Source: an uncultured delta proteobacterium (lineage in GTDB: Bacteria > Myxococcota_A > Polyangia > Polyangiales > Polyangiaceae). From it: DNA of 64,000 nt. The DNA lies in NCBI GenBank assembly GCA_963850305.1, contig CAWKKR010000011.1, forward strand, positions 288,001 through 352,000, written 5' to 3'. The notes under the pieces are model-generated. The model ran no database searches, was not told the origin of the DNA, and saw only the letters and a list, made by a program, of their open reading frames with translations. A program made the position numbers and the translations under genes. This document shows positions 36,714-46,146 of the stretch, piece after piece; within the stretch, counting starts at the first letter, position 1; every line of letters begins with the position of its first letter.

Positions 36714-38141
36714 TCAGCCGCCGTCGACGCCGCCCGTAGATGCGGTCCTTGGTCCCAGCACGAAGTCGAGATCGGTGCGGGCCATTTCCACCGTGGGAAC
36801 GCGCGCAGCTACGGCGGGATCGAGCCCACCCAGCTGCTCCAATCGCTGGAGGACGTGTGGCGAGAAGGCACGGAAGAGAAGGCGCACGGATGCCGTGTAA
36901 TGCCCCCCTGCGAGCGCCGACAGATCGTAGGAGCGCGGGTCCGTCTCCGACACCGCGATGAGGTGGCTCGTCTCCGAGTTCGGCTCCCAGAGGAAGTCGA
37001 CCGGATGGGGTGCCGGAGCGGTCGAGGCGTCGGTCGGCGCGGCGAAGAACAGCTCCTGACCGTACCAGACGAGACTCGGATCGGTCCCGGGACGCGTCGT
37101 GCGGGTCGGGTCGTTCACCCGAAGGTCTCCGTTCTCGTCGAGCGTCCCGGATTCGAAGACCGTCGCGCCAGCGTCATTCCGGACGAGGAGCTCGATCCAC
37201 ATCTGACGATCGGCGGTCGCGCCGGTCGGGAGCGCATGGCCGGCGAGGTTCTGGATCGTGACGCCGACGCGTCGCGTGGACGGGTCCACGACCGCGGCGA
37301 ACGCCACGCTGCCCTGGAGCAGGGCCTCGGTGCGATTTCGGAGCTCCGCGTAACCGGGGAAATCGGGTGCTGAAAGAAGCGAGACGTCGACGCCTGCAAA
37401 CACGTGATCATGAAGGGTGCGCGACGGGTGTCCGACGGCGGCGGGACCCGTGGAGCTCGGCATGTGGCAATCCTGGCAGGATCGGAAGCCATTGAAGTCG
37501 CTCTGCACCCATTCGATGTACGTGCGCTCGAGCGCGACGTCGTTCGGGTTGACGACGACGTGGCAGGTCCCGCAGAGCTTCGAGTCCTCGAACAGATCAC
37601 TGTGGGCGGTCTGGTGCGCCGTGCAGGGGTCGGGGTTCGGAATGGGCCCCTGACGGGTGCCGTCACGGGTCATCGTGAAATCGGCGTTGGACTCGTCTTC
37701 GATTGACGTGATCGAGTGACAGACGAGGCACGACACGCCGTCGGTCGCGTCCGTCGGAAGCCCGTCGAACGGCTGCGTGAAATCGCCGGTCGCGGGGTCC
37801 TTCCTGACGGCCGTTGCCCCGGTAGCGCTGCCGATCGGGGTGTGACACTTGACGCAAAAGTCTCCGAGCTGACCGGCGGTGTCGTGCTGGCCAACTTTCA
37901 CCATCGCCTGGAACACCGGATCCTTCATGGCGTAGGCGTGTGAAGAGACGTCCCACTCGGCGACCTGTTGCGGATGACAGCTCGCACACTCCGTCTCGGG
38001 TCCAGTCGGCGGATGGGACGAGCCATCCATATTTTCTCGCGCCGGATGACCCGTGCACCCACAGACGAACGCACCGGCGCACGCACACGCACACGCACAC
38101 GCACACGCCCGCGTGCACGAAAGGAGAAGCCGGGCACGCAT
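36714..38141 (-). CDS. Pentaheme c-type cytochrome lipoprotein (c554/c552-like)
   Basis: Five CxxCH motifs (CASCH, CVKCH, CLVCH, CGTCH, CQDCH); SSHAYA..DP.F; AGHALPTG; lipobox-like VCGC. Confidence 0.9.
   Translation of the reverse strand: MRARLLLSCTRACACACACACAGAFVCGCTGHPARENMDGSSHPPTGPETECASCHPQQVAEWDVSSHAYAMKDPVFQAMVKVGQHDTAGQLGDFCVKCHTPIGSATGATAVRKDPATGDFTQPFDGLPTDATDGVSCLVCHSITSIEDESNADFTMTRDGTRQGPIPNPDPCTAHQTAHSDLFEDSKLCGTCHVVVNPNDVALERTYIEWVQSDFNGFRSCQDCHMPSSTGPAAVGHPSRTLHDHVFAGVDVSLLSAPDFPGYAELRNRTEALLQGSVAFAAVVDPSTRRVGVTIQNLAGHALPTGATADRQMWIELLVRNDAGATVFESGTLDENGDLRVNDPTRTTRPGTDPSLVWYGQELFFAAPTDASTAPAPHPVDFLWEPNSETSHLIAVSETDPRSYDLSALAGGHYTASVRLLFRAFSPHVLQRLEQLGGLDPAVAARVPTVEMARTDLDFVLGPRTASTGGVDGG
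38083..38106. repeat. Microsatellite (GCACAC)4 in the signal-peptide coding region
   Basis: Four perfect hexamers encoding a Cys-Ala run on the minus strand. Confidence 0.9.
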
Positions 38142-38300
38142 TGACGCGTTGCTCGCCACTCTACCGAGGGTTCACCGAGAAAGCACGCGCCGCAAGATTT
38201 CGCGAGCGCCGGGCGAAGGAGACCCGCGCCCGTCGACAGCCGGAACCCTCCACTGATAAGCTTTTCTGCTTCGATTTCGCCCGGTCCGCGAAAGGCACTC

Positions 38301-40640
38301 ATGCTTCCTGTTCGATTCCTGGCCATGGCCTGTACGGTGGGGCTCTTCGGTGTCGGTTGTTCGTCGAGCAGTCATACGACTCTCGGGGCCGGCGACGGCG
38401 GCGTGAAAGTCGGTGACATCACCACCGCCGCCACCTTCGTCGCGGGGGGTTCGATCGGCGAGGTTTGGATCACGGACGCCAACCAGGGCGACAATCTCGT
38501 CCTCGCGGACGCGGACTCGAACGAGGTCGCGCATGGCTCTGCGGACGCGCTCGGCTCCCTGATCCTGCGCGGCATCACGCCGGGTCCAGGTTACACGGTG
38601 CGTCTCGTGACCGGGAACACGGTCGCGGGAACCAAGCCGTTGGAGGTGCTCTCGCGTGACGAGGTGCCGGACCCGTCCCTTTACCAGCAGCCACTCGTTC
38701 AAGGGCTCAACTACGTCAAGATGCGCGACGGCATCGAGCTTGCCATGACGGTCCGTCTGCCCGAAGGCAAGACTCTCGCGGACGGCCCGTTTCCGACGGT
38801 CATCGAGTATTCGGGCTACCAGATCGCGGCGCCGCACGATCTGCTGAGCGCCGCCGTCGGAGCCATCGCCGGGGGTCAGAGCCTGTCCAGTCTGTCCGAC
38901 CCGCTGCTTCCGGACACGTCGACTGCGGTGAGCTCGATCATCCTGCCGATGCTCGGCTACGCTGCCGTCGCGGTCCAGATGCGCGGCTCGGGTTGCTCGG
39001 GAGGCGACTTCCAGCTCTTCGACGTGCCCACGACCTACGATGGCTACGACGCGGTCGAGACGGTGGCGGCGCAATCCTGGGTGAAGGGCGGCGTCGTGGG
39101 GCTGGCGGGCATCTCGTTCTCGGGGATCTCGCAGCTCTTCGTGGGCGGGACGCGCCCCCCGCACCTTGCCGCGATCGCGCCCATGAGCGTCACCGACGAT
39201 CTGTACACGGGCACGGGGTTCCCCGGCGGAATCTTCAACAATGGTTTTGCGGAGTCGTGGCTCGACGAGCGTCAGCAGAACGCGCTACCGGCACCGGAAG
39301 CAGGAGCCCAGCCGTACGCGATCGCGCTCGTGCAGCAGGGCGACGTGCATTGCACGAACAACCAGAAGCTCCGACTGCAGACGCAGGACATCCACGAGCT
39401 GATCGAGACGAACCCTTTCCGGAACGCGGCGCTTCTCGACGATCGATCGCCTTCGAAGTGGGCGAGCAAGGTCAACGTACCGGTCTTCCTCGTGGGTCAG
39501 TTCCAGGACGAGCAGACCGGCGGACACTTTGCGGAGATGCTGAGCCAGTTCGACTCCGACCCCACGGCGTGGTTCTCGCTGCAAAACGGCGTGCACTGCG
39601 ACTCGCTCGGTCCGGCGACGTTCACGCGCTGGGCCGAGTTCCTTTCTCTGTTCGTCGCGGGCGAGATCCCTTCGATCGCGCCGTCGGTCTCGAGCCTGAG
39701 CACGGAACTGTATCAGGCCGTCGCGAACGGGTCGCCGAGTGAACCCCTTCCGCCGACGCGCTTCGATGCGTTCACCGACGTCGGAGCGGCGAAGACGGAG
39801 TTCGAGAAGGACCCGCGCGTTCGCATGCTGCTCGACAGTGGGAGCGGTGACGCCGGGGTCGGCGCTCTGCAGCCGACCTGGGAGCTGGACTACGACGCGT
39901 GGCCCGTGACCGGCGCCGTTGCGACGTCGTATTATCTGGGCGCATCCGGCGCGCTCGCGACGACGGCGCCTGACGCCGGGGAGGTCAGTTACGAGGCCGA
40001 TGCCTCGAAGCGGCCTTCCACTACCCTCGCCAGCGACGCGACGGACGGTCCGTGGGCGCCCCTGCCGAGCTATGATTGGGAACCGGTGGCCAGCGGCGCC
40101 GGCGTCGGCTTCACGTCGGCGGCTCTCGCCTCGGACGTCGTCATCGCGGGAGCGTCGTCGCTCGATCTCCAGCTGAAGTCATCGGCAAAGGACACCGACG
40201 TCCAGGTGACGCTCTCCGATGTCCGCCCCGACGGCCAGGAAATGTACGTGCAGAGCGGCTGGCTGCGCGCGTCGCATCGCGCGGTCGATCCGACGCTGTC
40301 GACCGCGACCGACCCGATCCAGGATCACCTGCAAGCAGACGCGCAGGACATGCCCGCCGGCAGCTTCGACACCCTCCGCGTGCAGATCTATCCCGTGGGC
40401 TACGCCTTCAGGGCGGGCGAGAAGATCCGCGTGACCATCCAGGCGCCCGGCGGCGAGCGGCCGAGCTGGGCGTTTCAGACCCTCGACGATGGCACCATCA
40501 CCGACACGATCCAGCTCGGGCCCTCCAAGCTCGTACTGCCCGTCATTCCGGGAGCCACCGCGGGCGCTCCACTTCCCGCGTGCCCATCGAATCGCGGTCA
40601 GCCGTGCCGCGCGTACGTGCCGGCGTCGAACGGGGGCTGA
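38301..40640 (+). CDS. CocE/NonD family (S15) hydrolase lipoprotein
   Basis: GVGC lipobox, MRDGIEL, YSGY, MRGSGCSGG, DGYDAVE, GISFSG nucleophile elbow, C-terminal PepX_C domain. Confidence 0.88.
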   Translation: MLPVRFLAMACTVGLFGVGCSSSSHTTLGAGDGGVKVGDITTAATFVAGGSIGEVWITDANQGDNLVLADADSNEVAHGSADALGSLILRGITPGPGYTVRLVTGNTVAGTKPLEVLSRDEVPDPSLYQQPLVQGLNYVKMRDGIELAMTVRLPEGKTLADGPFPTVIEYSGYQIAAPHDLLSAAVGAIAGGQSLSSLSDPLLPDTSTAVSSIILPMLGYAAVAVQMRGSGCSGGDFQLFDVPTTYDGYDAVETVAAQSWVKGGVVGLAGISFSGISQLFVGGTRPPHLAAIAPMSVTDDLYTGTGFPGGIFNNGFAESWLDERQQNALPAPEAGAQPYAIALVQQGDVHCTNNQKLRLQTQDIHELIETNPFRNAALLDDRSPSKWASKVNVPVFLVGQFQDEQTGGHFAEMLSQFDSDPTAWFSLQNGVHCDSLGPATFTRWAEFLSLFVAGEIPSIAPSVSSLSTELYQAVANGSPSEPLPPTRFDAFTDVGAAKTEFEKDPRVRMLLDSGSGDAGVGALQPTWELDYDAWPVTGAVATSYYLGASGALATTAPDAGEVSYEADASKRPSTTLASDATDGPWAPLPSYDWEPVASGAGVGFTSAALASDVVIAGASSLDLQLKSSAKDTDVQVTLSDVRPDGQEMYVQSGWLRASHRAVDPTLSTATDPIQDHLQADAQDMPAGSFDTLRVQIYPVGYAFRAGEKIRVTIQAPGGERPSWAFQTLDDGTITDTIQLGPSKLVLPVIPGATAGAPLPACPSNRGQPCRAYVPASNGG

Positions 40641-40664
40641 CGCCTCGATCGCGGCGCGCGGCGG

Positions 40665-43037
40665 CTACCGGCCGAGGGCTTCGGCGCGGTTCACGATCCG
40701 CGGCGTGAGGAAGATCACGAGCTCGCCGCGCGTGTCGCTCGACTTCCGGTGCTGGAAGAGCAAGCCGAGGAGAGGGATGTCGCCGAAGAAGGGGACCTGG
40801 GAGAGATTGCGGCCCGTGTTGCGGGTGTAGATACCGCCGATGACGGCCGTATGCCCGTCCATGACGAGCAGATCCGTCTCGGCTTCACGCTTGAGGATGG
40901 TCGGATCGCCTCGGGCAGAGGTTTGGTTGAAGTCGGGCTCGTCGCGGTTGATCTTCACGTGCATCGACACGCTGCCATCGGCGGTGACGTGCGGCTTGAC
41001 GAGAAGCTGGAGCTTCGCTTCCTGGAAGGTGGTCTGAACGCCCTGGGCGCTGACCTGCGAGAAGGGAATCAAGGTGCCCTGCGCGATGCGCGCTTCGTGG
41101 TTGTCGAGGGTCAGGATGCGCGGGCTCGACAGAATGCGCAACATACCGTTCGACTCGGCCGCCGACAGACGCAGGCTGAGGTTGAAGTTGTTGTCGACCG
41201 ACCCTAGCGAGAGCCCGATCGCCCCACCGCTCCCGACGCCGACCGCTGCGGGAAGGTTCACGGCGAAGTTCGGACTCGCGACGGTTGGCGTGAACGGCGA
41301 GAGGCCGCCGGTGGGGCCGATGCCCGTCGAACCACCGATGATGCCGACGCTGTTCGGGAACGCGAGCCCGGTCGGGTTACCGGTCGCGGCGGAGAACGTC
41401 GCGTCGCCACCCCACTGGATGCCGATGTCGTTGAGGTAGCTGCTCGTGGCTTCCACGATCCGCGCTTCGACGAGGACCTGCGGGGTCTGAGTGTCGAGGG
41501 AGCGCGTGAGCTCCTCGATCTGATCGAGGTTGCCCGCGACGTCGCGCACGATGAGCACGTTGGTGCGCGCGTCCACGGCGATGGAGCCGCGCGGCGAGAG
41601 TAGATCGCGCGCGCGCGCCTGGATCTCGTTGGCCTGTGCGTAGCTGACCGGGATGAGGCGTGTCTCGAGCGGCGCGAGCTGGAGCTCCTGCCGGCGGCGC
41701 GCGATCGCCATCTCCCGCTCCTTCTCGAGCTGAGCGAGCGGCGCGACGCGAATGATGCTGCCGGTCTGCACCATGCCGAGGTTCTTCGACTGGAGCACGA
41801 CCTCGAGCGCTTGATCCCAGGGGATGTTGCGCATGCGGATCGTGATGGATCCCTGAACGTCGTCGGACGTGACGACGTTCACACGACCGACGTCGGCGAG
41901 GAGCCGGAGCACGTTGTGGATGTCCGCGTCCTTGAGGTCCAGATCGATACGCCGCCCGTCGAATTTGCCGGGCGGGGCGTCTGCGACTTCGCCGGCCATG
42001 GCCGGCGTGAATGCGGCGGCGGCCCCGGACACCGTGCGCTCGACCGGACCGGACGGGTCTGCGCGGCGATAATCCGTGGTCACGACGGGAATGCCACGGA
42101 TCTGATCGTCGATATGGAGCGTGCGCGCCTTGCGTGCGATGCCGCCGTCGAAGGCCACGCCGGTGACCGTCGTGGGCAAGCTCCCGGGCTTGAAGAAGCT
42201 CCAGACGAGCTCGGTGCCGCGACGGGTGATGGTGGTGTCGAGGGTCGAGTCGCTCTCCGCCTCGAGCGTGACGGAGCGCGTCGCCGGGTCGCCGAACGAC
42301 GACACCGCGGAGAGGAGCCCGCCGAACGCGGTCACGTCGAGCTTGCGCTCGAGCGACGGCGGAATGGCGGTTCCCTGAAGCACGAGGCGACGGTGCCCGT
42401 TTTCGGCCTTCGACTCGTCGTATTTCGGAACGCTGGAGAGCTCCAGAGTGACGTCGTCCTCCGCACCCTTGTGGTCGAAGTGAACGTCGAGGAGACGAGG
42501 CGCGGCCTCGGCCGCGACGGCCGGCGCGCCCAGCTTGACATCCCGGAGGTCCTCGACGCCCGGAGTGCCCGGTCGCACGCGGATGACGAGCTGTTTCCCG
42601 TCCACGGCGATGGCGTACTTCGCGTCCTCGAGGAGCGTCACGAGGATACGGGTCGTCGTACCGGTGCTGGTCTTGAAGGCCTGGGTCATCACGCCACCGA
42701 TGACGCCCACCCTTTCGGTGAGGGCCGGGGCGGCGCCGGCCACGTCCGAGCCGGACACGTCGACGATGAGCCTCCGGTCCCCCTTGTCGAGCCGCGCGTT
42801 GAACGTCGGCTCGGCGGTGAACGTGACCACGACCTCCGCCGCGCGAGGCGCTTCGAGCGGCCGAACCTCGACGCGAGTCGCCTGGGGCTCTGCCGCCCGG
42901 GTGGGACCGGCAGCGCCGAGGAGCATCGCTCCCAGCAGCCAGGCGAAGCCTCGAGATGGGCGCAGGACCCGCTCAGACCTCGTTTCGGGCGGCACGGAGG
43001 AGGCGGTGGAGGTTTCTGGCGACGAAAAAGAGCTCAT
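40665..43037 (-). CDS. pilQ: Type IV pilus secretin
   Basis: AMIN-like N-domains, IDLDLKDADIHNVLRLL, IPWDQAL, QVLVEARIVE, VPFFGDIPLLG and ELVIFLTPRI. Confidence 0.96.
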   Translation of the reverse strand: MSSFSSPETSTASSVPPETRSERVLRPSRGFAWLLGAMLLGAAGPTRAAEPQATRVEVRPLEAPRAAEVVVTFTAEPTFNARLDKGDRRLIVDVSGSDVAGAAPALTERVGVIGGVMTQAFKTSTGTTTRILVTLLEDAKYAIAVDGKQLVIRVRPGTPGVEDLRDVKLGAPAVAAEAAPRLLDVHFDHKGAEDDVTLELSSVPKYDESKAENGHRRLVLQGTAIPPSLERKLDVTAFGGLLSAVSSFGDPATRSVTLEAESDSTLDTTITRRGTELVWSFFKPGSLPTTVTGVAFDGGIARKARTLHIDDQIRGIPVVTTDYRRADPSGPVERTVSGAAAAFTPAMAGEVADAPPGKFDGRRIDLDLKDADIHNVLRLLADVGRVNVVTSDDVQGSITIRMRNIPWDQALEVVLQSKNLGMVQTGSIIRVAPLAQLEKEREMAIARRRQELQLAPLETRLIPVSYAQANEIQARARDLLSPRGSIAVDARTNVLIVRDVAGNLDQIEELTRSLDTQTPQVLVEARIVEATSSYLNDIGIQWGGDATFSAATGNPTGLAFPNSVGIIGGSTGIGPTGGLSPFTPTVASPNFAVNLPAAVGVGSGGAIGLSLGSVDNNFNLSLRLSAAESNGMLRILSSPRILTLDNHEARIAQGTLIPFSQVSAQGVQTTFQEAKLQLLVKPHVTADGSVSMHVKINRDEPDFNQTSARGDPTILKREAETDLLVMDGHTAVIGGIYTRNTGRNLSQVPFFGDIPLLGLLFQHRKSSDTRGELVIFLTPRIVNRAEALGR

Positions 43038-43140
43038 TTAGGCTCCGACAAGACGGAAGGCCGCACACTGGCGTGGGCATTCTCTGGTTCTACGGAAGCG
43101 TAACGTGCCCCGATCGGCGCGAACAAATTCCGCGCTTATT

Positions 43141-43749
43141 TTATTGGAGCGCGGCCTGTTCCTGTTCGGACTCGGGGCGGAGTTCGATGATCCGGGTGGC
43201 GCTCGGCACGTCGGGATTCGACGGATCGTCACGCACGAGCACGACATCCGAATCGCGGATGCGCTCGACACGCCAGTTGATCTCGTATTCGGCTCCGCTT
43301 GCGCCCCCCTGGACGGTCTCCGCGTGCCCGATGAACTGTCCGCGGACGATGATGTGCCCCTTGCCCGTCGGATCGACGAAGAGCGCACGCTCGGGCTGAA
43401 TACGTGTCACGATGCCGACGAGTTTCAGCTCGTCGATCGAGTACTGGTCGAGCACGACCTCGCGCTGGGACTTGACCTTGCTGCGCGCCTCCTCCGCAAA
43501 CTCCTTCGCGAAGGAACGGAATGGGTCACGGCTCCGGTCGCCCTCCTGGAAATCGGTTTCCTGGAATTCGACGGCGGGAGGCGGCTCGGTTGCGATTTTC
43601 GCCTTCTGATCCACCGGTTTCGTGGTCGCTGTCTTGGCAGAAGCAGCGGAGGACGCCCCCAGGATCGGCGTCGGCTTGGACACCTCCCCGCCGCAAGCCG
43701 CGAGCAGCGGGACGAGCCAGAGGGACTTGAGAACCTTGGTGGACCCCAT
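43141..43749 (-). CDS. pilP: Type IV pilus lipoprotein
   Basis: LAAC lipobox, RDPF, LDQYSIDELKLVGI and DPTGKGH; gene order. Confidence 0.9.
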   Translation of the reverse strand: MGSTKVLKSLWLVPLLAACGGEVSKPTPILGASSAASAKTATTKPVDQKAKIATEPPPAVEFQETDFQEGDRSRDPFRSFAKEFAEEARSKVKSQREVVLDQYSIDELKLVGIVTRIQPERALFVDPTGKGHIIVRGQFIGHAETVQGGASGAEYEINWRVERIRDSDVVLVRDDPSNPDVPSATRIIELRPESEQEQAALQ

Positions 43750-43752
43750 GAC

Positions 43753-44346
43753 TCACGGTCCCTTCTTCGGTCGCTTCGACTCGTCGATGGAGTGGAACGC
43801 GGTGGCGAGCGCCGTCACCTTGAGCATGACGTCGTCTCCTTTGACCGTCGGATCGGTGAGCGCAATGTTTTCCATGTTGATGATGCGATCGAGCTGTCCG
43901 ACGTCGTAGAAGAATTTCGCGATCTGGTGGTAGCGCCCCTCGAGCTCCACCTTCATCGGAACGCGAGCATAGAATTGTTGGGGAACTTCGTCCTGCGGCG
44001 TCCATGCGAACAGGTTGACGCCCGCAACGTTGGCGACGGACTGAACCGCGCTCAGGAATGCCGGATACTCCGTGGTCGCGGGCAGGATCTTGTTTAGCTC
44101 CCGCTGCCGTTGCTGTCGGTCGGCCAGTTCCGCCAGATCGAGCTGGTAAGCGTGCTGCGCCTTGTTCGCCTCGGCAAGCTCGGATTCGAGCTGCTTCTGG
44201 CGGCTCTTTTCGGCGGTGATGCTCGTGGCGAGATCGCCGTAGAACACGACGAAGTAGACGACCCCCGCGAGGAGCATCAGCGCGAGCCCGATGCCGATCT
44301 TCGCAGGCAGGTTCAGGCGTGAGAGCGCACTCGGTCCCTTCGCCAT
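43753..44346 (-). CDS. pilO: Type IV pilus alignment protein
   Basis: TM + coiled coil, ILP, FYARVP, GRYHQIAKFF and RIIN. Confidence 0.92.
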   Translation of the reverse strand: MAKGPSALSRLNLPAKIGIGLALMLLAGVVYFVVFYGDLATSITAEKSRQKQLESELAEANKAQHAYQLDLAELADRQQRQRELNKILPATTEYPAFLSAVQSVANVAGVNLFAWTPQDEVPQQFYARVPMKVELEGRYHQIAKFFYDVGQLDRIINMENIALTDPTVKGDDVMLKVTALATAFHSIDESKRPKKGP

Positions 44347-44347
44347 A

Positions 44348-44983
44348 TCAGTACCGTGCCTTTGCTTCGAGCTGGAACTCGACGAGATCCATGCCGGCTT
44401 CCTGCGAATGAACTTTCTTCGCGGGCAGCAGCTTGACGTCCGCGAAATAGCTGGACAGCGCCATGCGGCGAGCGAGCTCGCTCACGTCTTCACCATCGCG
44501 CGCCGTTCCCTGGATCCGAACCTGGCGCATGTTGTCGATGTAACGGGTGATCCAGAGCCGCCGGGCGTCCCAGCCGGGGTTGTAAACGGCGAGAGGGTTG
44601 TCACGCCGGAGCTGGGCGAGACGGTCGGGATCGACGCTCGGCCCGCGTCCTGGGGTGAGCATGCGCGCCAGCTCGAGGAGCACCGCCGTGGGTCCGGTTC
44701 GGGCACTCTGGAGCTTCGCTATCGCGTCCTCGCGAGCCCGAAGCGTTTCGAGCTGTGCTTTGACGTCATTGTGATTCTTGACTGCAGCCTTCGATTGGTC
44801 GATCTGCGACGACAGCTCGGCGTTCTTCCGGGTCTGGGCGACGAGCTCTTCTTTCTTGTTCCCGTGGTAGATGAAGAAGCCCACCGCCTCGAGCGCCACC
44901 AGGAGCACCAGGACGACAGCCCACAGCTGACCGCCGTCGGACTGGGCCCGTCGTTTCTGGGTCAGCAGGTTGATGCGAATCAC
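44348..44983 (-). CDS. pilN: Type IV pilus alignment protein
   Basis: IRINLL motif, TM helix, coiled coil; GTG overlaps the pilM stop. Confidence 0.92.
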   Translation of the reverse strand: MIRINLLTQKRRAQSDGGQLWAVVLVLLVALEAVGFFIYHGNKKEELVAQTRKNAELSSQIDQSKAAVKNHNDVKAQLETLRAREDAIAKLQSARTGPTAVLLELARMLTPGRGPSVDPDRLAQLRRDNPLAVYNPGWDARRLWITRYIDNMRQVRIQGTARDGEDVSELARRMALSSYFADVKLLPAKKVHSQEAGMDLVEFQLEAKARY

Positions 44984-46044
44984 GAACGCACCTCGCGGTT
45001 CTTGCGAAGCCCGAGGCCGAGCGCGACGGACAGCTGGGCGGCGCGTGCCTGAAGTAGCTGCCGGTCGACCTCCTTCGCTTCCACGACGATGCGCTCGGTG
45101 GGGGCCCACACTTCGACCGGAACGCGAGACCTGCGCTGGATGGCCTGGCTCAAGGGGATGAGGTTCGACGAGCCACCCGTGACGTAGATGCGCGCGATTT
45201 CGCCTTCGCCCGTGGTCGCCATGAAAAAGTCCAGACTGCGCTGGATCTCACCGGCGATGGAGTCCGTCACGGACTCGATCACGCGCGCGGCCTGCTCCGG
45301 CACGATCCCGGGACCGGTCGGACCTTCGCCGCCGCACTTGTAGGCTTCGGCCTGGTCGTAGGGGACCCCGAGCTGCTTCTGGATCTCTTCGGTGATCACG
45401 TTGCCGCCGTTCGCGATCTCCCGGGTGAATGCGCTCACCCCGTTGGCGACGATGTTCAGCGATGACAGGCTCGCTCCGACGTTGATTAGGGCGACCGATT
45501 GATCCAGCGGAAGACCGCGCGAAACTTCGAACAGGTTCTGGACGGTGAATGCGTCGATGTCGCAGACCAGCGGCTTCAGCTTGGCGTCGCGAGCCAGCTG
45601 CACGAAATCGTTGATCTGGTCCCGCTTCGCGGCGACGAGGAGTAGATCCATCTGGCTCGCCTCAGGGCGGCGCCGGAGGACCTGATAATCGACCTGCACA
45701 TCCTTGATGTCGAACGGGATGTGCTGCTCCGCCTCCCAGTGGATCTGCTCCTCGAGCTCGGCAGGCGTCATCATGGGGACGGTGATCTTCCGGATGATGA
45801 CGGATTGCCCCGAAACACTGAGCGCGACCTCTCTTTGCCGGATCTTCCCGTCCGTGAATGCCTTCTGGATGGCCTCGATGACGCGGCCCGCATCCATGAC
45901 CTGGCCGTCCACGATCGTCTGCGGCGCCAGATGAGCGAATCCCAGTCGCTGGAGCGTGAAGCCCTTCCGGCTTTCCTTCACCTGGCAGACTTTGACCGAA
46001 CTGGTCCCGATATCGACACCGACCAGGTTATTGCCTTCAGCCAT
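44980..46044 (-). CDS. pilM: Type IV pilus actin-like protein
   Basis: VGVDIGTSSVK, EAEQHIPF, LLVAAK, TGGSS and VALGLGLR. Confidence 0.95.
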   Translation of the reverse strand: MAEGNNLVGVDIGTSSVKVCQVKESRKGFTLQRLGFAHLAPQTIVDGQVMDAGRVIEAIQKAFTDGKIRQREVALSVSGQSVIIRKITVPMMTPAELEEQIHWEAEQHIPFDIKDVQVDYQVLRRRPEASQMDLLLVAAKRDQINDFVQLARDAKLKPLVCDIDAFTVQNLFEVSRGLPLDQSVALINVGASLSSLNIVANGVSAFTREIANGGNVITEEIQKQLGVPYDQAEAYKCGGEGPTGPGIVPEQAARVIESVTDSIAGEIQRSLDFFMATTGEGEIARIYVTGGSSNLIPLSQAIQRRSRVPVEVWAPTERIVVEAKEVDRQLLQARAAQLSVALGLGLRKNREVRS

Positions 46045-46146
46045 AAATTCCTCGTCCCGGGCTCTCGACGAACCCTGGCATGCGAAAGTCTGGCACCCGG
46101 GGTGAAGAACCGCCAAGAAAGGCGAGGGTCGCCCGTGCAGCTGACG

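Noticed and set aside
46045..46146. Sigma54 promoter for pilM
   Set aside because: No correctly spaced GG-N10-GC (TGGCAC-N5-TTGC) motif on the coding strand.
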